The notes: generated by a model from the sequence alone, not told the origin. Shown: positions 24,638 to 37,722, numbered from the stretch's first letter. The stretch: 64,000 nucleotides of DNA from Ascoidea asiatica JCM 7603 (GCA_001600695.1 BCKQ01000002.1:191623-255622); one strand, 5' to 3'. A program made the numbers and translations.

Positions 24638-25142
24638 TTTTGAAAAAGTATCTGATCCTTTGTTTTATTTTACTAATCTGAAAATTTAATGATAAATGTC
24701 AATTCTAGTTTCATGCCATTTTAGAGGGCTTCAAAAAGTATCATTTTGAATAAACCTTGAGCTCTTCGATTCAAAACAAAGCTTCTTTTTCTCAATCTCA
24801 CGATGAGATCCGCTTCAGGTCGAAAGAAACCAGACTATGTGGATGTTGGAAGCATTATCTTTAATATGAGGATGCTAATCAGTTTAACCTAAAATAAAGA
24901 TATCATCCATATTATGGCATCATGATTATTTTATTTGAGTTAAAGAAAACCCTTGGTTTCAAATACAGTACTCGAATATAAATTATAAAGTAATCTAAAA
25001 CTTATCTTTCAAAAGCATTACTTTTTTGAATTATTTATAATTTATGAATATCTTCTTATAATAAATCGTGGGTATATCCTTGTATTTATACAACAAAACT
25101 TATTAATTTCTCTAACATCCACAAACAACTTTATTGCTAAAT

Positions 25143-25607
25143 ATGTTTCCATTACTTAAAGCTAGCTCTGCTCTTTATTCATCAGAAGCAGCATTGAGGC
25201 AATCTCAAAAAACATGGCTTCGGATAACTAACCAGAAAGCTTTATACTCATCCAAAACTGGATTTGATCCTTCAAGTTTTTCTCATGGACCTCCAAAATT
25301 GCCAAAAGAAGATCAAGAAGAATTTGAGAGACTTCAAAAAATCGCTACCTCCCAAGTAGCTATAGAAGAATATAACGATCAACTCAAGGATAAAATTAAT
25401 GATTCAGAGTCTCCAGAAGAATTATTGGCTAAGCCTGCACCTACTGTCAATATAGTAGAAAATCAAGATCTAGCTGTTAATTTATTGAAAACAATTCCAG
25501 AATTTGAAGGTGATGTTAACCCTAAAACAGGTGAAGTTGGAGGACCTAAGCAAGATCCAACTCGTCATGGAGATTGGTCTTTTAATGGGAGAGTTACTGA
25601 TTTTTAG
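25143..25607 (+). CDS. SDH8: Succinate dehydrogenase assembly factor 4 (DUF1674)
   Basis: C-terminal IPEFEGDVNPKTGEVGGPKQDPTRHGDWSFNGRVTDF and GPPKLPKEDQEEFERLQK. ATG at 25143. Confidence 0.93.
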   Translation: MFPLLKASSALYSSEAALRQSQKTWLRITNQKALYSSKTGFDPSSFSHGPPKLPKEDQEEFERLQKIATSQVAIEEYNDQLKDKINDSESPEELLAKPAPTVNIVENQDLAVNLLKTIPEFEGDVNPKTGEVGGPKQDPTRHGDWSFNGRVTDF

Positions 25608-26000
25608 ACATACAGTATAGCTTTATTTGGTTTATACCCATAGAGTAATGATATTCTATTCTGCCTTTCTAACAAATATTTTGGACTATAAGAGTCTTTA
25701 AATATATACTGTACATAATATATTTCAATAATTGTAAAGATAAAATGCATCTTTAAACTACTACTGGAGGTTCTTATCCAATAAGATTTAAAATCAAACA
25801 AACTAATAGCATTTTTTCAAATATTCAAAAAATTCAAATATAAAGAAGTTAATTGTCATTTATTTAATATTATATAATGAGTGACATGAAAATAAAAGAA
25901 TACTAGTTTTTACTCAGTTGTTTTGAAAATAAAAAAAAAAATATTATACTGTTTTTATCGTAAATGTTCAACTTTGAAAATAAGTTGAATAAAACCAAAT

Positions 26001-28523
26001 TTATTCAATAGTGTTTAAAATTTGTACCCCTTGTAATCTTTCTTCATATAATGCAGCCAATTTTGTTACTCTACCATCTTCAACTCCTTCAAATTTTTTT
26101 ATTGAATTCATTCTTTTGATTTTAGCTATTGATTTCTCTCCATTGACTAAAAATTCATTTAATATTGAAACAGATGCAGATCTAACATGGCTATTACTTG
26201 ATTCGTTTAATGAACTTGAGGTTAAAGAAGGGAAAGATTGTTTGCCTTTAAGTTCACCAATAACTTTCATTCTTGATTCGTTTATGTTCACTGATGATTC
26301 CGACAATGTGGTTGAAGAAGAAGAATTAGAGACTGGTGATATTGATGAGTAAGTTGAAGCATTTTGGGGCATGGATTGTGGAGGAGAAGAATGAGAATCT
26401 CTAGATTTTCTTGAATTAGAATAATTATATTGAATATTTTTTTGAGAATTATTCTGAGAATCTATATTATTATTAGCAAGAATATTACCCAATGAACAGG
26501 AGTGTTTGATAACTTTTTGATTAACATCATTGTTATTATTATCTAAATTACCTGATATTATATTCAATGGCTTCAAAAACTGTCTGATTTTATTAGTTGT
26601 TGTTTCAATAACATTTTTCGGGGTTGAAGAATAATTTTCTTTATCGCAATCAGAATTTTCATTACTATTTTTGAAAGGTAAAAAGTCTGATAAAGTAGTA
26701 TTCAGAGCTTGAGGTTGAATAAAGTCATCCACCGTAACAATGTTATCAAGGAATGTTGAAGAAGTAGAATTAGGGAAACACATTTCTAAGCTACTTGATA
26801 AAGTGAAATCATCTTTTGTTTTAAAATAAGAAATAAATTGATCAGTTCTTGAAGAAATTAAAGCGTTTATATTAGGTAAACATTGAATATTATTAGAAAT
26901 AGAAATTATAGATAGACTTCTAGTATTTGCATAATTCGAAGATAAAGATGAGGAAGATGTTGTAGAGGATGAAGAAGAAGATGAAGATAATAAAGATAAG
27001 GAAGAAGCAGAAGAGTTTAATAAAGAATTACTTGATTTCTTTTTAGAAAGTGGATCTATATTTTCAAAAAAATAAGGGGAAGTTGAAGCTTTTTTTATTA
27101 TATGTTTATTATTATTAGTATTGTTATTATTATTGTTGTTATTATTAATATTATTATTATTATTATTAATATTATTATTATTATTATTATAGTTAAAGGT
27201 ATGATTGTTTTTGGTATTAATATGGGTATTACTGTTATTGAAGTTAGAATTAGAAAAAGGAGTAGAGTTATTAGTTGAAGTAGAATTAAAGAAAGTTGTT
27301 GATGAATTTATTGAAGAAGAAAATTGTTGTTGTTGTTGTTGTTGAAATTCATTAATGTCCATATGAGACCAATATTTAATTAAATTTTTAATAAATCTTG
27401 AAGAAATTAAAATTTCATTTTGGGATAAATTATCACCAGATAGAAATACTAATTTTTTTGAGAATTTTATCAAATGATTATTTGATAATTCTTCAAGTGA
27501 AATATTTTTTGAAGAATAATAATTTTTCATTTGAGTATTATTGTTTGTTGAGTTTGACAAATTGTGTAAATCATTTTGTAAAATTGGTAATAAAAATAAA
27601 TTCAATATATTATTAATTAATTGAGTATTATAAGAATTTTTTTTAAAAATTGAATTCAAAATATTATTAATATATTTCGAATTATCTTTAATTGGTAATT
27701 TAAGTTGATTAATTGGTAATAAACTAATTGATAATTTTTTTAAAAAAAACTTCCAAACTTGAACTAAAGTAAATAAATCCCAATCATTCAAATCAAATAA
27801 TTGATTTCTTTTAATTGAATTTATCAAAATAGAAATTTTAATAGATTGTAAATCATTTGTTGGATTTGATAATAGAAATTGAGAATTTATTGAATTCAAT
27901 AATGGAGAATTTAAAATTTTAAAAAAAATTAAATTATAATAAAAGAAAGATAGGAAATTTTTTGGAATTATTGATAAACTAAAAATTGGTACTAAATGAA
28001 TTGGAACTATAATATTATTTTTAATTTTAATTGAATCATATAAATAATTTTGTAAAGAAATATTTAATTTAGTTATATCAATATATTTTGATAAATCAGA
28101 AATATTTTCACAATGAATTATACGATCATTAATACCATTTGAATTTGATATTAAAAATTTTGAAGAAATTACATTTTTAAGTACTTCAATTACAGCTCTA
28201 ATCCACCAACATTCATGAACTATATAACATTTTCTTAATAATTTTCTTTTTTCTTTTGAAATATAACCAAAAGTTTTAACACCCCAAACCCAAGAGAATT
28301 TAATTTTTTCACCAGTATCTTGAGCTATTGATAAGCCTGAAGTGAAAAAAACTAAAGAATAATTATATGAAGGAATTTTTAATATTAATAATTTTATAAT
28401 TTTATTTAATTCATTATCAGATAATTTCGGTAAAGCAGTTGAGTCAAATATAAAAATTGGTAAATTTGTTTCAGGATCATAAGTTTCAGATTTATAGAAA
28501 ATTTTATCTAAATTTATTTTCAT
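26001..28523 (-). CDS. ECM25: Ecm25-like protein (CRAL-TRIO/BCH-like plus RhoGAP-like region)
   Basis: IFYKSETYDPETNLPIFIFDSTALP, FSWVWGVK, KCYIVHECWWIRA, C-terminal RVTKLAALYEERLQG. Confidence 0.8.
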   Translation of the reverse strand: MKINLDKIFYKSETYDPETNLPIFIFDSTALPKLSDNELNKIIKLLILKIPSYNYSLVFFTSGLSIAQDTGEKIKFSWVWGVKTFGYISKEKRKLLRKCYIVHECWWIRAVIEVLKNVISSKFLISNSNGINDRIIHCENISDLSKYIDITKLNISLQNYLYDSIKIKNNIIVPIHLVPIFSLSIIPKNFLSFFYYNLIFFKILNSPLLNSINSQFLLSNPTNDLQSIKISILINSIKRNQLFDLNDWDLFTLVQVWKFFLKKLSISLLPINQLKLPIKDNSKYINNILNSIFKKNSYNTQLINNILNLFLLPILQNDLHNLSNSTNNNTQMKNYYSSKNISLEELSNNHLIKFSKKLVFLSGDNLSQNEILISSRFIKNLIKYWSHMDINEFQQQQQQQFSSSINSSTTFFNSTSTNNSTPFSNSNFNNSNTHINTKNNHTFNYNNNNNNINNNNNNINNNNNNNNNTNNNKHIIKKASTSPYFFENIDPLSKKKSSNSLLNSSASSLSLLSSSSSSSSTTSSSSLSSNYANTRSLSIISISNNIQCLPNINALISSRTDQFISYFKTKDDFTLSSSLEMCFPNSTSSTFLDNIVTVDDFIQPQALNTTLSDFLPFKNSNENSDCDKENYSSTPKNVIETTTNKIRQFLKPLNIISGNLDNNNNDVNQKVIKHSCSLGNILANNNIDSQNNSQKNIQYNYSNSRKSRDSHSSPPQSMPQNASTYSSISPVSNSSSSTTLSESSVNINESRMKVIGELKGKQSFPSLTSSSLNESSNSHVRSASVSILNEFLVNGEKSIAKIKRMNSIKKFEGVEDGRVTKLAALYEERLQGVQILNTIE

Positions 28524-29329
28524 TTTTCAAATTATTGATTAAAGAGATTGAAATTATGGAATTGATGATTTTTTAAAAGTTATATAAAATTTAGTATTTG
28601 TTTATTTTTTTTTTAGAAAGGAAAGCATATAATGACAATTAGTGAGAATGAGAGAATGAGAGTGAGAATAGAAACGAAGGATTTGATATAATCTGATATA
28701 ACAAGACAATAAAATGATTTTTAATTTAGCTGAATTTATTTTCAAGATGAATTCCCTAGTATCTTGTAGCTCCTCAATTCTTTACGATTATTGATTAGTG
28801 ATTGATAATTTACAAAATAATCAAATAAAAAGATTATTTTGAATATATTTTAATTTGTTTATTGTTCAATTCCAGCGATAAATAATAATATATTCAATGA
28901 GTGTAAGATGCAGTTACTGGGGCCCACCACGAGAAGAGGTACGTGTTGTCATTTGCCTTCTTTCGGATGTTTTGTTTACAGTTTACCTGATTCGCACAGA
29001 GGTCGGCGTGTGAGTGCCCTTATTGGCAATCCTAGACAATAAAATGTGGCGAGTGGGATATGGAAACTATCACACCAGCAGCGGTACAAACACGCTTAGT
29101 CACCATAGCCTATGTCGTTAAGCCTCGGAACACGCGTGCCTGCACCCACCCACACTCTGATTTCTTAAAATAGCCAAGAACATGTTCCGGAGTCTCCCGC
29201 TGTACTCATCCGGTGTGTTCCTGGTTCCAGGCACCGAAAACAGTTTTTTTCTGCTGCTTCTGCTGCTTCTGCTGCGTGTGAATCGTGTGAATCGTGAAAG
29301 GGAAAAAATGTTGAGGAAAGCATTGTATA

Positions 29330-30757
29330 TTAGTGTTCACTTCTTTTACGAAGATTGTTCATTGTAAATAGTGGGAAAAGATCTTTTGATCCAGTTTCTT
29401 CTTTGCTATTTTTCCATATTTCTTTACATAATTCCATTTCTGTTTGTTCAAATATTTTACTTTCATTATCAAATTTAAAGATTGAAATGAGCTCATTCTT
29501 TTCGTTTGTATCATTTTTATCATCTTTGAAATCTTTATTTTGAACAATTGAGGCAATGATTTCATTACTTAATTCATTGATATCAAAATCTATAAATAAT
29601 AGATTTGAATTTAATTTGATAATTTGAAATAGATTGATATCAATATTTGATTTATTATTTTTATTATTGAAAATATAATTGAATTTGAATATTAATAACA
29701 CATTGGTTTTTTCAATAAGTAAAACTAACAAATTTCCAAAATTTTTGATTTTTAATGTTAATAATTTACTTATCGTGAATTCAAATAAATCTTTTTCATT
29801 TTCTTTGTTATTTAAATATAAAAAATTTTTCGGAATTAAATGAAATTCATTTAAATACGGTTCAATAAATTCCTTTACACTAAATTTTTTAATTAAATTA
29901 TCATTATTATTATTTGAAGTTGAATTGATTGATAAATTCCAAAAAAATATATTTTTATCACCTCCACCACTTATTAAAATCTCATCTTCAAACTTACTAT
30001 TGAATTCTTCACTTTCAAATGTGAAAATATTTAAAACAGAAATAAAATCTTTATGACCAAAAAAATATTTTTCAATTATATAACATTTTGGATAATTTGA
30101 GATTCTAATATGTTCATCCCTATCTGTTGAGATTATATACTTTTTGCCAGTTTTCTTATTTTCCCATAATTTGATATTCGTTAACATTGAGACATGTCCT
30201 AATATTAATTCTTCTTTATGTTTCTTTTTATCTTCAACTTCCGTTTCTTTTTGATTAATTAACGGTAATGAATAAACATCTCCAAATTTATCTGCAAGTA
30301 AAATTTTTGAATCATTAAATGTTGTACATATTGAACATGGCCTCTTTGGAAAGCAGTGTCTTAATATTAAATCTTCTTTAGTGAAAAGTAAGTTATTAAT
30401 TTCTTCATCATTAATATAATTATAATTTAATTTGAATACTACTACAGCTTTATCAGAATCTGTAGTAATTATTAAATGAGATTCATCAGTAGATAATATC
30501 ATACATCTAATATAATTATAAACTGGAGGAGCACCAGATCCCGGTTCAGGAATTTTAGGAATCTTTGATATCTTAGAGGTTTTGATTTTCTCATTTTGCT
30601 GTCTTTTTAATATTTCTTTATGATTTATAGTATCAACCCAATATCCAATTAGTTTTCCATTTTGTCTAAGATCAAATGCTTGAAGTGAATTATTTATTGC
30701 ACAAAATAAAATATTTCCTTCTTTATTCACAAGGACAAGTTGGCTTGGTTGTTTCAT
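29330..30757 (-). CDS. TRM82: tRNA m7G46 methyltransferase non-catalytic WD40 subunit
   Basis: PGSGAPPVYNYIR, TTDSDK, FPKRP, ADKFGDVY, LGHVSMLT, DRDEHIRISNYP, GGGD, LRKRSEH. Confidence 0.94.
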   Translation of the reverse strand: MKQPSQLVLVNKEGNILFCAINNSLQAFDLRQNGKLIGYWVDTINHKEILKRQQNEKIKTSKISKIPKIPEPGSGAPPVYNYIRCMILSTDESHLIITTDSDKAVVVFKLNYNYINDEEINNLLFTKEDLILRHCFPKRPCSICTTFNDSKILLADKFGDVYSLPLINQKETEVEDKKKHKEELILGHVSMLTNIKLWENKKTGKKYIISTDRDEHIRISNYPKCYIIEKYFFGHKDFISVLNIFTFESEEFNSKFEDEILISGGGDKNIFFWNLSINSTSNNNNDNLIKKFSVKEFIEPYLNEFHLIPKNFLYLNNKENEKDLFEFTISKLLTLKIKNFGNLLVLLIEKTNVLLIFKFNYIFNNKNNKSNIDINLFQIIKLNSNLLFIDFDINELSNEIIASIVQNKDFKDDKNDTNEKNELISIFKFDNESKIFEQTEMELCKEIWKNSKEETGSKDLFPLFTMNNLRKRSEH

Positions 30758-31059
30758 TCTGCTTTAATTATATAACTAAACAATGCTTTATAACTTCAAA
30801 TTAACCTTCTATGGTTTGTTAATGGAGTTGCAATAAACCAATGAAAAAAATAAAACGGAGTGAAAAAGTCGAAAAAAAAGTCAAAAAAAACTCAAAAAAA
30901 ATAAAAAAAACATTTAAATTGAAAACAAGTTCCGACCATATTTGCACGTGGGTGAATTCAAAATTCTGCTGTCGTAAATTTATCTCAGTCACGATATTTG
31001 GTACGAGACCACTTCTAAGGGTCCTTTTCGAATCCAGGAAAGTTTTTTTAAAAATTCCC

Positions 31060-31096
31060 GAGTCAGTTCAAACTTACCTGCAACTGCCCCGAGTCA
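31060..31096. promoter_or_regulatory. Paired Bas1-type sites (GAGTCA/TGACTC) upstream of GCV2
   Basis: CCCGAGTCAG occurs twice (cores 31060-31065 and 31091-31096). GCV genes are Bas1 targets in S. cerevisiae. Confidence 0.55.
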
Positions 31097-31800
31097 GAAA
31101 CAGTTTGAATGAAGATAACAGAACTGGAGACTGTTTTACTTCTGGCTACGAATCTGGGTAGAAATCTGGAGTGAATTGGCTTTCATATCGCCAGTATTTT
31201 ATTCTTTTCTTATTTTATTTGACTAATTTCTCTCATGTTTATCAACTTTGAATAAATTTATCTTTTCACTACTTTCATTGGTGCTTTTTCCCTTCCTAGT
31301 GCCAATTCTTTTAATAAATCTTCTTTAATTTCAATAAATTTTAATCAATTTCAATCAATTGACTAATTCCAATCACTTTATAAAATTTTAATATCGATTC
31401 ATATCTCATGCATTCACTAATGTATTTTGTTGGTTCATAGACAATTAAATTAAACAATCAAGTTCACTTTTACTTCAGGAACTATTCAGTTTTAAATTTT
31501 TTCATTTTTTGTTATTTTCATTCTAATCTTCAAATTTATAAATATTTAAATATTCAATTATATAAATATATATAAATATTTTAATTTCTTTTACTTTTAA
31601 TTCATTATAATATATATATTCACTTTTCTACATCTTTTTCATAACTTTTCTTTTGTTTCTTTTTTTTTCTTCGTCTCTATCCTGATTTAAAGTATTAAAT
31701 TATCGCTTTATATTAAAATTTTTATTTATACTATAAATCCTTCAGTATAAATATAATCTATATTATAATTCTATTATTTCTTCATTATCTTAACTTTGAT

Positions 31801-34800
31801 ATGCTTAATTCAAAATTGAGTATTAAAAATGCTCGAATTACTTTAAAATCATTAAAGTTCAATAAAAATTCTTTAATATTTAATAATCAATCATATTCTA
31901 ATTCTTTAAAAGCTTTAAATTCTTTTAATTTAACTTCAAAAAAATTTAATTCAAGTATTGCTTCAAATCAATTAAATAAAACTGATATATCTTCAGAAAG
32001 TTATTCAAAACTTTATTCAAATGATGATAAAATATTAAATCCTTTAGACACTTTTCAAAGACGTCATTTAGGTCCTGATCCAAATCAAGTTAAATTTATG
32101 TTAAATTCTTTAGGTTATGATAATATTGAATCTTTTATAGAAGAAACAATCCCAAAAAATATTTTAGTTCGTCGTAATTTAAATATATCTCCAAAAAATG
32201 GTTATTCTGAATCTCAATTTTTATCCTATTTAAAAAAATTATCAAAAAAGAATAAAATTTTAAAATCTTTAATTGGTAAAGGTTATTATAATACTATTAC
32301 CCCTCCAGTAATTTTAAGAAATTTATTAGAATCTCCCGAATGGTATACTCCTTATACGCCATATCAAGCTGAAATTTCTCAAGGTAGATTAGAATCTCTC
32401 TTAAATTTTCAAACTGTAATTTCTGATTTAACTGGTTTACCTGTTGCAAATGCTTCTTTATTAGATGAAGGTACCGCTGCTGCTGAAGCAATGACATTAA
32501 CTTTTCATTATTCAAAACAAAAAAAAAATACTTATATTGTTGATAAAAATATTTTCCCACAAACTTTAGCTGTAATTAAGTCAAGAGCTTTTCATCAAAA
32601 TATTAAAATTATTCAATTGGATTTATCTAATCCAGATAATTATTCAATTATTAAACAAAATAATAATATTTGTGGTGCTTTAATTCAATACCCCTCTTCT
32701 GATGGTTCAATTAATAATTATAATATTTTATCCTCGATAATTCATGAAAAAAAAGGTTTATTATCTGTTGCAACTGATTTAATGGCTTTAATGCTAATTA
32801 AACCACCTTCTGAATTTAATGCTGATATAGCTTTAGGTTCTTCTCAAAGATTCGGAGTTCCAATGGGTTATGGTGGTCCTCATGCTGCTTTTTTCGCTGT
32901 TAAAAAAAATTTAAGTCGTAAAATGCCGGGTAGATTAGTTGGCTTATCAAAAGATAGATTGGGTAATCCTGCTTTACGTCTTGCTTTACAAACAAGAGAA
33001 CAACATATTAAAAGAGAAAAAGCAACTTCTAATATATGCACTGCTCAAGCTTTATTAGCTAATATGGCTGCTTCTTATGCTGTTTATCATGGTCCTCAAG
33101 GTTTAAAAAAAATTGCAAAAAGAATATTTAATTATACTTCAATTTTAGCAAAGGAAATAATATCAAATTCAAATCATCATATCTTAAACAATAATTATTT
33201 TGATACTTTAACAATTAAATTAAATAACATTAGTTCTGATGATTTAATGAAATTAGCTCTTGAAAAATTTGAAATTAATTTATTTAAAGTTGATGATTCT
33301 ACTGTTTCTCTTTCATTCGATGAAACAACTCTTCAACAAGACTTATTAGACTTAATTGAAATTTTCACTTCAAAAAAATTGGATCTAAATTTTTTAGATA
33401 ATTTAAAAATTTTTGAACTTGATTCTTCTTTAAGTCGTACTGATGATGTTTTAACTAATTCTGTTTTTAATACTCATCATACTGAAACAAGTATGATGCG
33501 TTATTTACATTTATTACAAAGTAAGGATGTATCTTTATGTAATACTATGATTCCTTTAGGCTCTTGTACAATGAAATTAAATTCTGCAATTGAAATGGCC
33601 CCAATTAGTTGGCCAGAATTTAGTCAAATTCATCCTTTTGTTCCTTTGGATCAAGCTCAGGGTTACAAGGAATTAGTAACTGAATTTGAAAAGGATTTGG
33701 CAAATATCACTGGCTTTGATGCTGTTACTTTTATGCCAAACTCTGGAGCTCAAGGTGAATATACAGGCTTACGAGTAATAAGAAAATATCTTGAGTCAAA
33801 AGGTGAATCAGATAGAAATATTTGTCTAATACCTGTTTCTGCACACGGAACAAATCCAGCAAGTGCTGCAATGGCTGGCTTAAAAGTTGTTCCGGTCAAA
33901 TGCCTTGAAGATGGTTCCTTAAACCTTGACGATTTAAAACTTAAAGCAGAAAAATATTCTAAAAATTTAGCCGCAATAATGATCACGTATCCATCAACCT
34001 ATGGTTTATTTGAACCAAAAATTAGATCAGCAATAGATTTGGTTCATTTAAATGGAGGCCAGGTTTATCTTGACGGTGCAAATATGAATGCTCAGATTGG
34101 TTTAACTTCTCCTGGTGACCTTGGAGCTGATGTTTGTCATTTAAATTTACATAAAACTGCTGGTTTGAGTCATGGTGGAGGAGGACCAGGATCTACACCA
34201 GTATGTGTTAGAACTCATCTCGCTCCTTTCTTACCTTCCGAAAATACTGTTGAAGTAGCTAAAAAAAATTCAACTTCAATTTTACCTATTTCATCGGCAG
34301 CTTACGGAAATGCTTCTGTATTACCTGTACCTTTTGCATATTTCAAATTAATGGGTACAACTGGGTTACCATATGCAACTTCAATAGCCATTTTGAATGC
34401 CAATTATATGATGAATAGATTAAAAGACCATTACAAAATAATGTTTATTGGAAATGGTGGTATTAAACATTGCGCTCATGAGTTTATTTTAGATTTAAGG
34501 CCATTCAAAGCTCAAGGAGTTGATGTTTCGGATGTTGCAAAAAGATTGCAAGATTATGGTTTTCATGCTCCAACCATGAGTTTTCCTGTTGCTGGAACTT
34601 TAATGATAGAACCGACGGAATCCGAAGAATTAGCAGAATTGGATAGATTTGTAGATTCGATGCTTTCAATTAGAAAAGAGATTGACGCAAAAATCAATAA
34701 TGAACCTCTAGGTAACGTTTTAGCAAATTCACCACATTCCTTAATAGATATAATTAGTTCTAAAGATTGGGAAACAAGAGGCTATTCAAGGGAACAAGCA

Positions 34801-34935
34801 GCATATCCATTACCCCATTTAAAAATATCAAAGCAATGGCCCACTGTTTGTAGATTAGATGATACTTTTGGGGATGTCAATTTAATGTGTACATGTCCAA
34901 CAGTGGAAGAAGTGGCAAGTGAGTCTGATTTATGA
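31801..34935 (+). CDS. GCV2: Glycine decarboxylase P subunit, mitochondrial
   Basis: [61 protein letters not shown]-lysine motif CHLNLHKT. Confidence 0.98.
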   Translation: MLNSKLSIKNARITLKSLKFNKNSLIFNNQSYSNSLKALNSFNLTSKKFNSSIASNQLNKTDISSESYSKLYSNDDKILNPLDTFQRRHLGPDPNQVKFMLNSLGYDNIESFIEETIPKNILVRRNLNISPKNGYSESQFLSYLKKLSKKNKILKSLIGKGYYNTITPPVILRNLLESPEWYTPYTPYQAEISQGRLESLLNFQTVISDLTGLPVANASLLDEGTAAAEAMTLTFHYSKQKKNTYIVDKNIFPQTLAVIKSRAFHQNIKIIQLDLSNPDNYSIIKQNNNICGALIQYPSSDGSINNYNILSSIIHEKKGLLSVATDLMALMLIKPPSEFNADIALGSSQRFGVPMGYGGPHAAFFAVKKNLSRKMPGRLVGLSKDRLGNPALRLALQTREQHIKREKATSNICTAQALLANMAASYAVYHGPQGLKKIAKRIFNYTSILAKEIISNSNHHILNNNYFDTLTIKLNNISSDDLMKLALEKFEINLFKVDDSTVSLSFDETTLQQDLLDLIEIFTSKKLDLNFLDNLKIFELDSSLSRTDDVLTNSVFNTHHTETSMMRYLHLLQSKDVSLCNTMIPLGSCTMKLNSAIEMAPISWPEFSQIHPFVPLDQAQGYKELVTEFEKDLANITGFDAVTFMPNSGAQGEYTGLRVIRKYLESKGESDRNICLIPVSAHGTNPASAAMAGLKVVPVKCLEDGSLNLDDLKLKAEKYSKNLAAIMITYPSTYGLFEPKIRSAIDLVHLNGGQVYLDGANMNAQIGLTSPGDLGADVCHLNLHKTAGLSHGGGGPGSTPVCVRTHLAPFLPSENTVEVAKKNSTSILPISSAAYGNASVLPVPFAYFKLMGTTGLPYATSIAILNANYMMNRLKDHYKIMFIGNGGIKHCAHEFILDLRPFKAQGVDVSDVAKRLQDYGFHAPTMSFPVAGTLMIEPTESEELAELDRFVDSMLSIRKEIDAKINNEPLGNVLANSPHSLIDIISSKDWETRGYSREQAAYPLPHLKISKQWPTVCRLDDTFGDVNLMCTCPTVEEVASESDL

Positions 34936-35426
34936 ACCAAATTTTTGAAAACTAATTAGATAACAGAATGTAGGAATAAATATTATATATGTTTTAGAAT
35001 TTTTCTACCTTTTAACTATTGAATATCAACATATTGTAGAATTAAACTAAAATAATAAATTATGCTGGAAATTACAGGCTATTTAAAATAAAAGCCAATT
35101 GCTTATTTTTCAAATATTTTTAATTGCTAATAATAGTTAATATTTATTGATATTTCAACAATTCAAATTTTTTGTTTTTCAAACAATTGATTATAATATA
35201 CATCAAATAATAAAATTAATAGAATACAAGAACTCAAAAATAATGGGATAAAAAGAGACAGAAAAAGGACGATTAACGAATAAAATTGCATATCATTCAT
35301 TAGATATATAATTCAACATACTAACAGAATTAGTATAACTTAAAGCATATATTGTATAATAATATTTATTATAGTGTACCCTTTTTTTTGCAATAAGGAG
35401 AAAATGTCAATAACATTTCAAGTGCC

Positions 35427-36485
35427 TTAAGATAAAGAAGGGAAATTCTTATCATCAAGAGCAACTGGCTTTTTTTCAGGGGATGCTGGTTTACCACCTC
35501 TTGAAGAACCTCTGAAAGAGCCTCTTGAACCTCTTGAAGAATTACCTCTGAAAGATCCTCTTGGGCCTCTCGAAGAATTACCTCTGAAAGATCCTCTTGA
35601 GGAACCCCTTGAACCTCTAGCTCCTGAAGAGTTACCTCTTCTTGGTGGAAGTTCATCGAAAAAGGTTGCTTGAATATCTAAATGTTGAGCTTTTTCTTTT
35701 TTAGCTTTAGCTTTATTTTTTTTTAAAACACTAGCAGATAAGAATTCTACTTTTTCCTTAACCAATATTTCATTTGAACCCCATTTTTCTTCATTACCTT
35801 CATTTGGTTTTCTAGCACTATGAGCAGCTCCATCATCAATTTTTTCTAAAGAAGCATAATAATCTTCTAAAGATTGAGTTTTAATAGGTGGTTCGGATTC
35901 TTCTTCTTCTTCTTCAGCGGCTTTTTCTTCAGCTACATCCTGAGCAGCAGCAGATTCATCGTCTAATTCTTTAGCATCATCACCCCAACCTTGCTTAACT
36001 TTTTTGGCAGAATCAGTTTTACCTGTTCTTGAGTGACGATCACCAGAATATTCTTTTTTAGTATTACGAGTAGAAGATTGAACTGGATCAACACTCTTTT
36101 CTTTGTTTGAAGAACGAGTAGCTTCTTTGTTTTTAAAAGCAGCTTCATTTCCTACAGGCTTTGGGCGATTTTTGTTTGCACGAGCTTTATTTGCAGAAGC
36201 AGGAGGGGCATCAGTTTTTCTAGAAGAAGTAGATTGCTTGACAATTTCTCTTGGATGTTTTACTTGAACATCTTCTTCAATGTCGTTACCTAAAAGGTCA
36301 AAAGGATTCTACAAAGAATAAATATAGTTAGTATAAAATTACTTTTCTATAAGCCTAATTAATTCGATTCAGATCTAATATTTTTAAATTCAATGAAAAA
36401 TCACCAATAAAATTGATATTCTCAAAGCCATAGAGGAGCAAGAGTATAGATATAAGTTTTAAATACTAACCTTATTGAATGACAT
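35427..36485 (-). CDS. STM1: Ribosome hibernation factor Stm1 (exon 1 36485-36471, exon 2 36308-35427; 298 aa)
   Basis: Spliced product MSFNK|NPFDLLGNDIE...DRHSRTGKTDSAKKVKQGWGDD...RG-rich...KNFPSLS. The ORF track shows only the 3' fragment. Confidence 0.93.
36309..36470 (-). other. Spliceosomal intron of STM1 (162 nt)
   Basis: 5' splice site GTTAGT, branch point TACTAAC (36333-36327), 3' splice site TAG. Removal gives an in-frame Stm1. Confidence 0.9.
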
Positions 36486-37290
36486 TGTGCTTATTGCTTG
36501 TTCAGACTTTTGAAAGTGCTTGTTCTGTTATTTCAATTAGCTTTCTGTTTAGTATAATTTGAGCATCAATTTGTTATAAATCAAATCTAATAGTACTTTA
36601 ATTTATGAGTTTATTACTGTAAAGTATTTTTTTCAATCAGAATAATTTTCCTAACCTTCCCTAGATGCTAAATTTCACCGGTCTTTTATTTACACAGACA
36701 GAGTAAATTTCAGTCTGCGTGGGTTTATATTTTGGTGATTAAAGCACCTGACCATCTAAGTTGCTGAGCGCAAAACAGCACGCCGAATCAAATTGAGTGT
36801 TCTGCTTTCTCGATTATGCGCAGCGTTTTTACCGTAGCAAGGCTGGAAATAGTGACAATAGAAACCAAACTCGTTGCCAGTTTGAACCAATGCACGCATT
36901 TTTGTTGGTTTTCAATGTGAATGGTAATCAAAAAAAGCGCACATTTTTATTCCTGTAAAGTTCCGGGAAAGTCATCTGACTTTTCTCTGTTCCTCCGATT
37001 TTGCTCCTTTTAAAAAAAAGGGCCGTTATTGTGGCGTATCTAAATTAGAAATAGTGAGAAAATGAATGGGCTTTTGTGGAGGTGTTATCTGGCGGGTGGT
37101 TTCCACATTATCATGGGATTAAAGCAAAAAATTACTTTAAAATATTAAATCAGGATAGTATTGGGCAAGCATTTATCTACAATTTTAAATAAATCCAATC
37201 TATTAATTTTAAATTTTAGGTAAAATTTTATTTCACTCGAAGTAACAATATTGAAATCAAAAAAACGTTTCACCAAATATATAAAATAAA

Positions 37291-37722
37291 ATGTCCTTCA
37301 AATCTGCTACAGAAGCAGCAAGATCTTTAATAAAGAAAATAAATTCTTTGCCTTATGAAAGAATAAATCATTCAATCTGTTTTAAAGAATCACAATATGA
37401 AAGACATAGAGAAGTAGCAAAATTGCCCAAAAGATTTGAAATAACTTCTAATAAACCAAGCGTTAAGGAGCTTTTTTTTACCCAAAAAAAAACTGAAGGA
37501 AATACTTCATTTAAACAATTATCAATAAAAGATTATAAACTTCAGTTGGATGCTTTAAATAATTTATCGTCCAGTAAATTTAAAAACTACTATAAAATAG
37601 GTGATAAATTAACAAAACCTGCAGGAAATCCAATTTATTATAATAAAATAATGGATGAAATCAATGGTAAAAGTAAAGAGACCTTTTTCAGTGCTATAAA
37701 AACTGTTATAATGGGTAAATGA
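37291..37722 (+). CDS. CBP6: Cytochrome b translation/assembly factor Cbp6
   Basis: FKESQ...LNNLSSSKFKNYY...KPAGNPIYYNKIMDEI. Convergent with MUD1, as in S. cerevisiae. Confidence 0.82.
   Translation: MSFKSATEAARSLIKKINSLPYERINHSICFKESQYERHREVAKLPKRFEITSNKPSVKELFFTQKKTEGNTSFKQLSIKDYKLQLDALNNLSSSKFKNYYKIGDKLTKPAGNPIYYNKIMDEINGKSKETFFSAIKTVIMGK

Noticed and set aside
31072-31080. ACTTACCTG resembling the U1 snRNA 5' end
   Set aside because: No downstream U1 stem-loops were recognisable, and it lies between two Bas1-like promoter sites.
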